Of a stretch of DNA of 20,000 bases, positions 1 through 7,343 are shown piece by piece; positions within the stretch are counted from its first letter, which is position 1; every line of letters starts with the position of its first letter. The position numbers and the translations under genes were made by a program. Origin of the DNA: an uncultured virus (IMG/VR IMGVR_UViG_3300024265_000044) (Duplodnaviria > Heunggongvirae > Uroviricota > Caudoviricetes); IMG/VR virus record IMGVR_UViG_3300024265_000044; one strand, given 5' to 3'. The notes below the pieces were generated by a model, which was not told where the DNA came from, did not search any database, and saw only the letters and a list, made by a program, of their open reading frames with translations.

Positions 1-2
1 GC

Positions 3-236
3 GAGCGAGCTCAACTCCACCGAGCTCGTCACCTCGCCAAGAAGCGCGGCGAGAACATTGCCCCGCTCGACCGGCGCTCCACGTTGCGTGAGCGGAGCGA
101 GAGCGAGCGAGCCGACTTGCGGATCGAGGTCCTCGTTGAGGTCGAGCGCGCTTGGCTCGACTCGAAGAGCTCCGGCGACTTCACGATTTGGCTCAGTCGG
201 CAGATCATCAAAGGCAAGAAGGACACCGCGGCATGA
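3..236 (+). CDS. Hypothetical protein, 5' truncated by window edge
   Basis: Frame 3 is open from the window start (ERAQLHRARHLAKKRG...KKDTAA) to TGA 234-236, which overlaps the next ATG at 233. Confidence 0.7.
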   Translation, partial: ERAQLHRARHLAKKRGENIAPLDRRSTLRERSESERADLRIEVLVEVERAWLDSKSSGDFTIWLSRQIIKGKKDTAA

Positions 237-463
237 TGACCAGTGAACGAACGCGCATTACGCGCGCGCTCAAAGTCCTCACTCGGCTCAACGAGGTCAG
301 GGGGCAACCGGACGAAGTCCGCGCGACTCTGTTCGTCGAGGAAGCCGCGCTGGAGGATGAGCTCGACAACATCGACGGTGAAGGTCGGTTCAACCGCAAG
401 GATACGGAGTGGTATGTGCGCGGCCGACCGGGTCCTATGCAACCCGGAGAGCGGAAGCGGTGA
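233..463 (+). CDS. Hypothetical phage protein
   Basis: ATGA overlap upstream, GTGA overlap downstream; MMTSERTRITRALKVL... Confidence 0.7.
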   Translation: MMTSERTRITRALKVLTRLNEVRGQPDEVRATLFVEEAALEDELDNIDGEGRFNRKDTEWYVRGRPGPMQPGERKR

Positions 464-687
464 GCAAGCAACCGACAACCGCGACGAGCTCGCCGATCGA
501 GACCTCGTGGAAAGTTATCCTCAAGTGTCCGAATTGTGACGTCCGGATCGGGCCGATCGCGGACGTCACAACGCAACGGCATGATGATGCGCTCAAGGCT
601 GCGGAAGCCAAGACCGGGATCCCTCGCGAGTGGCTTGAGGTTGTGGCCTACGACGTCGGCGCGCTCGGGCCAACGGTGAAGGCGTGA
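460..687 (+). CDS. Hypothetical protein with CxxC
   Basis: GTG 460 overlaps the upstream TGA; LKCPNCDV; coupled to the next gene. Confidence 0.65.
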   Translation: MSKQPTTATSSPIETSWKVILKCPNCDVRIGPIADVTTQRHDDALKAAEAKTGIPREWLEVVAYDVGALGPTVKA

Positions 688-1121
688 GCAATTACATCGA
701 TCTGACCGGCGCGCGGGTCGGACGCCTCAGGGTATTCGGTCGCGATTTCAGTCGAGGAGCGACGGGCCATGTTCGTTGGCTTGCTCGATGTGAATGCGGT
801 GAGATCGTGAGTCGCGAGGGGCGGCACCTTCGATGCGCGATCGAGAACGATTGGAATTCGGCTTGCCGCAAGTGCCAGAGCATTGGACGGCGCGGGCCCG
901 GTTTCTGTTGCAACGAGTGCGGCCAGAGTGGCCACAACCGAAGCACTTGCCCGATCCTCGCGGGAGTCGTCTCGCGGTTCTGTGGGACATGCGCCGGCCT
1001 CGCACATCGGCGGCCAAGGAATCGCGTTTGCGACTGTGGCGAGGAGTATTACCCGGACCGCGTGCGGTGGTCGCGAGTGTTGGAGCTCCCACGAGATGAC
1101 CGGACGGTGAACCCGGCATGA
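684..1121 (+). CDS. Cys-rich Zn-binding protein: HNH-associated N-terminal module plus CCHC zinc knuckle
   Basis: IDLTGARVGRLRV...WLARCECG module; CNECGQSGHNRSTC = C-x2-C-x4-H-x4-C; further CxxC/CxC; no HNH catalytic motif seen. Confidence 0.75.
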   Translation: MSNYIDLTGARVGRLRVFGRDFSRGATGHVRWLARCECGEIVSREGRHLRCAIENDWNSACRKCQSIGRRGPGFCCNECGQSGHNRSTCPILAGVVSRFCGTCAGLAHRRPRNRVCDCGEEYYPDRVRWSRVLELPRDDRTVNPA

Positions 1122-1363
1122 GCGTTTACATCGTCACCGACGAGCACGGGATCCGACTCAGGATCCCGCATCCATACGATGAGCGCGCGGTTGCGACGCA
1201 TTTGCTCGGGATCGGGCCTGAGCTCGCTCGTTCGCTCACCGTTGTCGAGGTCCTCGAAACGATCAGACACGACCCGGCGCGCTTCTTTTGGCTCGGCGAT
1301 GACCGCGGGCCTCTCGAGACCATCCGCGACGCGTACAACGAGACGAAAGGGCCGAAGCGTTGA
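1118..1363 (+). CDS. Hypothetical phage protein
   Basis: ATGA/TTGA coupled on both sides. Confidence 0.7.
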   Translation: MSVYIVTDEHGIRLRIPHPYDERAVATHLLGIGPELARSLTVVEVLETIRHDPARFFWLGDDRGPLETIRDAYNETKGPKR

Positions 1364-1587
1364 CAACTTGGTGCATCGACTGTGAGCTCAATCTCGGCGC
1401 GGTGATCCGTCCGGACGGCTCGCAAGCGTCGGCATGCAACGAGGCCGACGCCGAGGACGTCGCGCGCGCCTTCGAGGATGACGAGGACGATGGCCTCGGT
1501 GACACCGAGTGGCTCGCCAGGTTTAAGGCATGCCGCGCAGCGGTGCCCGTTGAGCTCGACATGTTCGATCGGCCGGTGCGGCGATGA
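1360..1587 (+). CDS. Hypothetical acidic protein
   Basis: TTG start overlapping the upstream TGA; acidic stretch EDDEDDG; ATGA-coupled downstream. Confidence 0.65.
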   Translation: MTTWCIDCELNLGAVIRPDGSQASACNEADAEDVARAFEDDEDDGLGDTEWLARFKACRAAVPVELDMFDRPVRR

Positions 1588-1826
1588 GCGTCGTTATCAT
1601 CCAGAGCGTCGTTGTGATGCATCCACTCGTCGAAGGCGGCGACCCGATGCATTTCGAGGTCAAGCAGCCCGAGGCCATGTGGTTTTGGGTTGGCTTGTTC
1701 CGAATGCCACTCAAGGACGCTTGCGCCGTCATTCACCGGCGCGACAACCTCGACGAGTGCAACCGCATTGCCAAGGCCGCATGCGCGAGGGCTTACGGCG
1801 AGCCGCCGCCGTTGGTGGAGTTATGA
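1584..1826 (+). CDS. Hypothetical phage protein
   Basis: ATGA overlaps at both ends. Confidence 0.65.
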   Translation: MSVVIIQSVVVMHPLVEGGDPMHFEVKQPEAMWFWVGLFRMPLKDACAVIHRRDNLDECNRIAKAACARAYGEPPPLVEL

Positions 1827-2521
1827 GATTGCGCGACGTGGAAGTGAGTCGGCATATCTTCGAGAAGCATCGTCTCGTATACGACGCGCGCGCGGTCCTC
1901 ATCGATAGACGCGAGCCAGTCGTCTGGATCTCGGTCGCGTTTTCGACTGTTACACGAGCGGCAAGCGGGGACGATGTTCCACGGCGTCGTTGTTCCGCCC
2001 TTGGAGACCGGTACGATGTGATCCCAACTTTCGGCCGGGTTGCCGCAATAAGCACACTCGCCGTCGAAATAATCAAGCAACACCTCACGCGCCTCCAGAG
2101 GCACGGCATCGACGCCACGACGGCGTTTGCTCACTTGGTTTTTCCGATAGTGTCTAAAAGCGGCGTCGTTTGCATAGCGGCGTCGCTCGTCGGCGTTGCG
2201 ATGAACCTTGCACCGACCATTGCGGATCGCATTCGTCGGGAACCATCGAGCACAATCACAGCACCACGATTCGCCAACGCTCGCGCGCACGCGTCGTTCT
2301 CGGTTTGTCGGTCGGCCGTCAGACACTTGGTCGCGACATTCGATGCAGGCCGATGCTCGACCGTCGCCGCGACTTTTATCGCGTCCGAAGGCGTCGCGCT
2401 GTTTCCACTCCCGACATCGGTTGCACCATTTCTCACCGGACAGAATCTTGGACGCATAAGCGGCCGGATTAAGTCCGAGCCGATGCGCGGCAACTTTCAT
2501 CGCTCCATGTCGACTTCCCAT
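1793..2521 (-). CDS. HNH endonuclease with N-terminal Zn-finger repeats
   Basis: CAYCG...WDHIVPVSKGGTTTPWNIVPACRSCNSRK is a classic HNH motif; N-terminal KWCNRCREWK...DGRASACIEC; the only credible minus-strand gene in the window. Confidence 0.9.
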   Translation of the reverse strand: MGSRHGAMKVAAHRLGLNPAAYASKILSGEKWCNRCREWKQRDAFGRDKSRGDGRASACIECRDQVSDGRPTNRERRVRASVGESWCCDCARWFPTNAIRNGRCKVHRNADERRRYANDAAFRHYRKNQVSKRRRGVDAVPLEAREVLLDYFDGECAYCGNPAESWDHIVPVSKGGTTTPWNIVPACRSCNSRKRDRDPDDWLASIDEDRARVVYETMLLEDMPTHFHVAQSHNSTNGGGSP

Positions 2522-2539
2522 GCGGAGGCTTCAGAATGA
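1823..2539 (+). CDS. Antisense 'bridge' ORF overlapping the HNH gene (may be translated, product may be non-functional)
   Basis: ATG 1823 overlaps the upstream TGA 1824-1826, and its TGA 2537-2539 overlaps the DUF5131 ATG 2536; codon-in-register antisense to the HNH; no recognisable motif. Confidence 0.45.
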   Translation: MRLRDVEVSRHIFEKHRLVYDARAVLIDRREPVVWISVAFSTVTRAASGDDVPRRRCSALGDRYDVIPTFGRVAAISTLAVEIIKQHLTRLQRHGIDATTAFAHLVFPIVSKSGVVCIAASLVGVAMNLAPTIADRIRREPSSTITAPRFANARAHASFSVCRSAVRHLVATFDAGRCSTVAATFIASEGVALFPLPTSVAPFLTGQNLGRISGRIKSEPMRGNFHRSMSTSHAEASE

Positions 2540-3588
2540 CGAAGATCGAATGGGCGCGCAACAAGGACGGCTCGGCGGGCAAGACGTGGAACCCCGTCGG
2601 CGGTTGCTCGCGGGTCTCGCCCGGTTGCGATCACTGTTACGCGATGCGCTTCGAGCATCGATTCAGTGGACCGGGGCAACGCTCGGAAGGGCTCACGATC
2701 CGCCGCGACAAGAGCGCGCGGCGGCCTGGCGTTGATTGGTCGGGCGTCGTGAGGTTCCTACCTGAGCGGCTCAAGGTGCCGATGCGCGTCAACAAGCCGA
2801 CAACTTGGTTTGTCAACAGCACCTCGGATATGTTTCACGAGAGGTTGACCAACGCCGAGATCGCCGCGGTGTTCGGTGTGATGGCGGCTTGTCCTCAACA
2901 CACCTTTCAAGTTCTCACCAAGCGCGCGCGACGGATGCGGGAATGGTTCGAGGGCGCCGAGGAGCATGGCGGGGCTTACGACCTATGCCGGTACGACATT
3001 CCGAACGCGCTTTTGACCTGTGCATGGGAGGCGTGTACCTCATTAGCCGGCGACGACCGCCCCGATTGGACGATGCCAACGGCGGAAGTGTTTGGCGACG
3101 CTTGGCCGCTTCCCAACGTTTGGCTCGGCGTCTCGGCCGAGGATCAACAGCGCGCGGACGAGCGGATCCCTGAGCTCATGCGGACACCGGCGGCGGTGAG
3201 GTTCGTTAGCGCGGAGCCATTGCTAAGCGGGATCGACTTGTCTCCATACATGGTCGAGTGCGACGCGTGCGATCGGGAAGGCGCTACCGCGGGCGGGACC
3301 GTTACCCCGCTCGAGTATCATACCCACGGCAGAGCAAAGCTCGATTGGGTCATCACCGGCGGTGAGTCGGGCAACGGCGCGCGGGTGTGTCACCTCGAAT
3401 GGATCCACGACATCGTGACGGATTGCGCGCGCGGCGGTGTCGCGTGCTTCGTCAAGCAAGTCGGCGCCCATCCAACAACGCGCGACATGGCGCTTGATAT
3501 GGCTCCACCTTGGAAGAGCTCTGACAAGAAGGGCGGCACACCAAGCCTATGGGCGGAACCACTTCGAGTGCGGGAGATGCCGCGGTGA
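2536..3588 (+). CDS. DUF5131 / phage Gp37-Gp68 family protein (radical-SAM-like three-Cys motif)
   Basis: TKIEW...TWNPVGGCSRVSPGCDHCYA, FVNSTSDMFHE, HTFQVLTKR, NVWLGVSAEDQ, RFVSAEPLL, DWVITGGESG, FVKQVG; SD GGAGG at 2524-2528. Confidence 0.93.
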   Translation: MTKIEWARNKDGSAGKTWNPVGGCSRVSPGCDHCYAMRFEHRFSGPGQRSEGLTIRRDKSARRPGVDWSGVVRFLPERLKVPMRVNKPTTWFVNSTSDMFHERLTNAEIAAVFGVMAACPQHTFQVLTKRARRMREWFEGAEEHGGAYDLCRYDIPNALLTCAWEACTSLAGDDRPDWTMPTAEVFGDAWPLPNVWLGVSAEDQQRADERIPELMRTPAAVRFVSAEPLLSGIDLSPYMVECDACDREGATAGGTVTPLEYHTHGRAKLDWVITGGESGNGARVCHLEWIHDIVTDCARGGVACFVKQVGAHPTTRDMALDMAPPWKSSDKKGGTPSLWAEPLRVREMPR

Positions 3589-3824
3589 CCGGAGCCATTT
3601 CACATCGCAAGCGACGGGAATTGCGCGAGCTCGAAACGCGACTCGATAAGCCGTCGCCGTTCGTTCCGACATCGATGCGACGCAAAGCACTACCGACGGG
3701 CGAGGCAAAGTTGCGCGGCGACATCTTGCGCGAGGTCCAAGCCGAATTCATGCGGCGGCCGATGCGGATCTTTGGCGAGTGGCTCAAGACCGAGCTCGCC
3801 GCGCTTGGACGGACTCACGAATGA
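3585..3824 (+). CDS. Hypothetical basic protein
   Basis: GTGA overlap with the DUF5131 stop; ATGA overlap downstream. Confidence 0.65.
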   Translation: MTGAISHRKRRELRELETRLDKPSPFVPTSMRRKALPTGEAKLRGDILREVQAEFMRRPMRIFGEWLKTELAALGRTHE

Positions 3825-4027
3825 GGGAATGTGTTTGCATCCTCGAAGCGCGGACGTTCAACCGCGCCGAGCCTCGGCCGTGTTGGGTGTGCGGTCGTGG
3901 CCGCGATGACCGGCAACCCACCGAGGCACACCGACAAGACTTTTTCGACTTTCACATTCGACACAACAACCAAGCCACGGCGAGGGAGAAAGCCAATGGA
4001 CTGCAACAGCGAAGGAATCGCACTTAA
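3821..4027 (+). CDS. Hypothetical small Cys-containing protein
   Basis: ATGA-coupled start; CVC...CWVC. Confidence 0.55.
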   Translation: MRECVCILEARTFNRAEPRPCWVCGRGRDDRQPTEAHRQDFFDFHIRHNNQATAREKANGLQQRRNRT

Positions 4028-4889
4028 CCGGGTGGAGCTCGTCGCGCTCCTCTCATTCACATCAGTCGAGAAGTCGAGCCGCGACTACTATGGCGCGGCG
4101 TTCACCGTCGAGGGCGATCGGTGTTACGCGCGCGCGACCGATGGCAAGAAGGCCGTCGAGGCCGACGGGACAAGCGACAAGAAGTTTGCCAAGGGCGGCA
4201 AGCGCGAATGGTTCGTGTATCGCGACTTTTTGATCGCGTGCCGCAAGCTCATTACCGGCAACCAAGTCGCGCGCCTGATCTTTAACGGTGCAAGCCTCCA
4301 TGAGGCAAAGTTCGAAGGCGTCGGCGACGACGATGACGGCGACATTTCGACGCTCACAACCCGCAAGGACGCGGCGAACGCACAAGCGAACATCCCCGCC
4401 ATCGCGAAGCAAACGAAGCTACCCTCGACGACACGCGACGTCGCGCGATGTGTGACGCTCGCCGGCCCGTACCTGGCGACGCTCAACAAGGTCGCCAAGG
4501 CCGCGGCAACCGAGGCGATCGATTGCTACCCGCCAAAGGATAAGGATACCGCTGCGGTGTTCCGAATCGGGGACGGCAAAGAGACGCAATGGACCGTCGC
4601 GATCATGCCGGTCAAGAGTGTCGCCTCTCACGAGGCGTCCGCCTCGACGAAGCGCAACAAGAAGAGCGCGGCGGCGCGCCAACAAGGCCTTTACGACGGC
4701 CAAGGCAAGGAGCTCGACCCCAAGACCGGCAAACCACTCGAAGCCACGGACACCAAGGGCAAGGGCAACGTGAGCAACATCGCCGACGCGCGCAAGAAGA
4801 AATCCGGCAAGAAGGCGCCGGCCAAGAAGGCCGCCAAGAAGCCACGCAAGAAGGCGCGACCGCGCAAGAAGGCGCCAGGCAAGAAGTGA
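3996..4889 (+). CDS. Beta sliding clamp (DnaN domain II-III)-like protein with Lys/Ala-rich histone-H1-like tail
   Basis: SD GAGGGAG before ATG 3996; SRDYYGAAF...ARATDGKKAV resembles DnaN R..LnGv...vATDGHRL; PYLATL...WTVAIMPVK resembles the DnaN C-terminus YL.d....yvvMPmr; tail KKAPAKKAAKKPRKK. Confidence 0.65.
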   Translation: MDCNSEGIALNRVELVALLSFTSVEKSSRDYYGAAFTVEGDRCYARATDGKKAVEADGTSDKKFAKGGKREWFVYRDFLIACRKLITGNQVARLIFNGASLHEAKFEGVGDDDDGDISTLTTRKDAANAQANIPAIAKQTKLPSTTRDVARCVTLAGPYLATLNKVAKAAATEAIDCYPPKDKDTAAVFRIGDGKETQWTVAIMPVKSVASHEASASTKRNKKSAAARQQGLYDGQGKELDPKTGKPLEATDTKGKGNVSNIADARKKKSGKKAPAKKAAKKPRKKARPRKKAPGKK

Positions 4890-5032
4890 GCACGCGCCCC
4901 ACCGCGATCCTCGTCCGCTTGCCGCTTCCACTTTTGAAGCGCGTCAAGAAAGCCGCGGGCGATCAAACCCTGAGCGTCGCGGCTTGGGTGCGAACGGCGA
5001 TTTTAGCGGCTCTCAAAGAGGCAGGCGCATGA
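4886..5032 (+). CDS. Ribbon-helix-helix (CopG/Arc-like) DNA-binding protein
   Basis: 48 aa; AILVRLPLPLLKRVKKAAGDQTLSVAAWVRTAILAAL fits the strand-helix-helix pattern; GTGA/ATGA coupled. Confidence 0.75.
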   Translation: MSTRPTAILVRLPLPLLKRVKKAAGDQTLSVAAWVRTAILAALKEAGA

Positions 5033-5310
5033 TCGGCAAACCAGTCAGCGCGACCCTGTGGGGCGTCGCGTACCGTTTTCGCAACTTCGATCCGCCGCTT
5101 GTGACACTCACCGCGGGTGAGGCGCCTGAGCACATCGAGGGCACTTGCAACGTGCTCACCGCGGATCCGACCGGTTGCGACTTGCTCGACGTCACCGCGC
5201 GCGAGGTGCTCGGCCCCAAGCTCAAAGCAGATCACGAGTTTACGTTGACTCACGTCCATCGCGTTTTCGACGTCAACGGCTTGGCCTCGGTGAAAGGTGG
5301 CGATGACTAA
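5029..5310 (+). CDS. Hypothetical phage protein
   Basis: ATGA-coupled; MIGKPVSATLWG... Confidence 0.65.
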   Translation: MIGKPVSATLWGVAYRFRNFDPPLVTLTAGEAPEHIEGTCNVLTADPTGCDLLDVTAREVLGPKLKADHEFTLTHVHRVFDVNGLASVKGGDD

Positions 5311-5560
5311 GCGAGCTCGACCGTTTTGGTCTTTGGTGAAGTGTCCGCGCCGCGGTCGCAACACCATCGCGCTTCGCGCCGACCTTCCGAAGCACGTCGA
5401 GCTCGCATTCGCGCGCAAGTGGCACAAGTTGGTTTGTAGGAGATGCGGGGCGGTCCGTCGCGGCGTCGTTGCATACCGCACCGGCCGATCGAAACGGTCG
5501 CAACTCTTCCTCGAAGTGATGGACCGCGTGTGGATGGACGAGCACGGAGCATGCACATGA
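5303..5560 (+). CDS. Hypothetical basic protein with CxxC
   Basis: SD-like AAGGTGG before ATG 5303; LVCRRCG. Confidence 0.6.
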   Translation: MTKRARPFWSLVKCPRRGRNTIALRADLPKHVELAFARKWHKLVCRRCGAVRRGVVAYRTGRSKRSQLFLEVMDRVWMDEHGACT

Positions 5561-5829
5561 TTTTTCTCGTCGAGCTACGGAATGAGCCCGGGAGTCTATG
5601 TCGCTTTCTGGGATGCCTCGTCAGCGTGAATCTTGTGGGCTTAACGTCTTGCCCGGTGCATGGCCATGTGGGGACGATGTTCTTTCTGTTCGAGGCGGAG
5701 TCGGAATCACCCGACGTAGAGAGAACGGTGGAGCAGCACACGATACAGTCCCGACGTCTGCCCGAGTGGCCACCAGACTTCTATACCAGCGGCTACCTCG
5801 TGCCGATGGCTCCGAAGGGCTCTTCGTAA
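5557..5829 (+). CDS. Stand-alone ACT-like domain protein (PheA/aromatic hydroxylase regulatory type)
   Basis: IFLVELRNEPGSLCRFLGCL..VNLVGLTSCP...FFLFEAE resembles the PheA ACT consensus f.l.n.PGaL...L..f....iNLt.ieSRP....y.Ffid.eg; SD GGAG and ATGA overlap. Confidence 0.55.
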   Translation: MIFLVELRNEPGSLCRFLGCLVSVNLVGLTSCPVHGHVGTMFFLFEAESESPDVERTVEQHTIQSRRLPEWPPDFYTSGYLVPMAPKGSS

Positions 5830-6017
5830 TGAATCGTTCAGAAGAACAAGCGGCTCAAGTGCCGATCTACTGGGAGGTGGGTTCATTTCCGCCAGATTAC
5901 ATTCTGGATAAGCCTGTCGGGTGTGGGCATTGCCACCTCACGTCACGGATGGCGTACGTCGACATAGATGGTTTCATCTTCTGTTCGATGAGGTGTCTCC
6001 ACTGGGGGCGCCGATGA
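5829..6017 (+). CDS. Small Zn-finger-like protein
   Basis: TAATG overlap; CGHC...FCSMRC (TRASH/MYM-like pattern). Confidence 0.6.
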   Translation: MNRSEEQAAQVPIYWEVGSFPPDYILDKPVGCGHCHLTSRMAYVDIDGFIFCSMRCLHWGRR

Positions 6018-6029
6018 ATCGTTCAGAAG
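5829..6029 (+). repeat. 16-bp direct repeat ATGAATCGTTCAGAAG at the starts of two adjacent genes
   Basis: Exact copies at 5829-5844 and 6014-6029. Confidence 0.9.
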
Positions 6030-6634
6030 TCGTAGGCACCACTTTTGGACTCTGGGTGGTCGTTGAACACATCAGCGGTCGGCATGTGCGCGCGCGTTGC
6101 GCCTGCGGTGTGGTTAAGATCGTGCGTTTGGATACTTTGAAGTTTGGGCAAAGTCGCTCTTGTGGATGTTCGAAAGTCACAGGCCATTGGCAATCGTGCA
6201 TCGTATGTGGCGCGCCTGTTTGGATAACTGGCAGAAGGAAGAAACTGAATTCAAGGTTCTGCTCTCTTTCGTGCTCGGTGAAGGATCAACACCGAAAACG
6301 CATTGAGGCTGAACCGGTTGGCGCACGGTTTGCTCGATTCGTTCGTCTGAATGGTGAGTGTTGGGAATGGAGTGGCGCGGTCAACCTCCAAGGCTACGGA
6401 ACATTCATGCGAGACGGGCGAGTCGCGGGACCGCGCGCTTCTGAATTGGCGCATCGTGTTTCATGGACGTTGATCAACGGGCCGATACCGGATGGATTGT
6501 TCGTCTGTCACAAGTGCGACAATCCACCGTGTGTGCGACCAGATCACCTTTTTCTTGGTACACCGGCCGCCAACAACCGAGACAGGTGCAAAAAGGGTCG
6601 TTGCCGTCATCCTGGTCATCAGAGGGCGTTGTGA
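6014..6634 (+). CDS. HNH homing endonuclease (HNH_3 type) with N-terminal Zn modules
   Basis: ECWEWSGA..GYG...AHRVSWTLINGPIPDGLFVCHKCDNPPCVRPDHLFLGTPAANNRD; N-terminal GTTFGLWVV..RCACG..SRSCGC and CIVC..FCSLSC. Confidence 0.93.
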   Translation: MNRSEVVGTTFGLWVVVEHISGRHVRARCACGVVKIVRLDTLKFGQSRSCGCSKVTGHWQSCIVCGAPVWITGRRKKLNSRFCSLSCSVKDQHRKRIEAEPVGARFARFVRLNGECWEWSGAVNLQGYGTFMRDGRVAGPRASELAHRVSWTLINGPIPDGLFVCHKCDNPPCVRPDHLFLGTPAANNRDRCKKGRCRHPGHQRAL

Positions 6635-7137
6635 GAATTCCCGTGTTGGCCGTGGATCCAGGCGTTGCAAATTTCGGCATCGCAGCGATCGACTGGACGC
6701 CGCGCGGGCCGCGAGTGATCGCGATGGGTTACATGGAGACCGAGATGCGACGCAAGGAGATCGCAGAGGATGCGCGCGAGCGGATCGATCTCATAATGCC
6801 GATGCTGGATCAGTGGTACGAACGCCACCGACCGACGCGGATCGTCGCCGAGGCCTTCACCTTCCAACAACGAGGGATCGATTGGAAGGCGATGCAAACG
6901 CTCAGGCTCCTCGGTCGACTCGAAGAGTGGGCCGTCCAACATGGTTGCACCTATGAGGAGATCCCGACCGGCTCGGTTAAGAGTCGGATCGGTGCCGGCA
7001 AGAAGGCGACCAAAGAGGATGTGCAACGGTGCGTCGTGCGGCTCACCGGTTGCAAGCTTCCACCAACCAAGAAGAAACGCAGCCACATCGGCGACGCCAT
7101 CGCCGTCGGTGTCGCCGCGGGAGGTACCAGACGATGA
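6631..7137 (+). CDS. ruvC: RuvC-like Holliday junction resolvase
   Basis: VLAVDPGVANFG (catalytic D), IVAEAF (catalytic E), VKSRIGAGKKATKEDV, HIGDAIAVG; GTG 6631 overlaps the HNH stop. Confidence 0.88.
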   Translation: MRIPVLAVDPGVANFGIAAIDWTPRGPRVIAMGYMETEMRRKEIAEDARERIDLIMPMLDQWYERHRPTRIVAEAFTFQQRGIDWKAMQTLRLLGRLEEWAVQHGCTYEEIPTGSVKSRIGAGKKATKEDVQRCVVRLTGCKLPPTKKKRSHIGDAIAVGVAAGGTRR

Positions 7138-7343
7138 CAGGACAATACCAGACACCGAGATCCCTCAAGGAGCAAAGGCGTTTAATGAGAGTCGGGGTGT
7201 TTCACGTTTTTGAATGGCGATTCATGCTCACGCCGTTGACCGTTTCCATCCTTGTCGTTGAAAACGCGACGCATGTAGTCCGGTGGGGCGAGCTTTACGT
7301 TTTCGGTGTGCGCTTTGTGCGGTGGAAGTTGGCCGCGCCATGA
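7134..7343 (+). CDS. Hypothetical protein
   Basis: SD GGAGG and ATGA overlaps at both ends. Confidence 0.6.
   Translation: MTGQYQTPRSLKEQRRLMRVGVFHVFEWRFMLTPLTVSILVVENATHVVRWGELYVFGVRFVRWKLAAP

Noticed and set aside
430..436. Second GGGTCCT (cosQ-like) heptamer
   Set aside because: It lies inside a coding region with no packaging context, showing that the 7-mer can occur by chance
1478..1822. Upstream extension of the + strand ORF 1478-2539
   Set aside because: It overlaps the coupled genes 1360-1587 and 1584-1826; ATG 1823 fits the overlap chain
3831..3995. Longer start for the clamp-like gene
   Set aside because: A strong SD precedes ATG 3996, and the extension overlaps the coupled ORF 3821-4027
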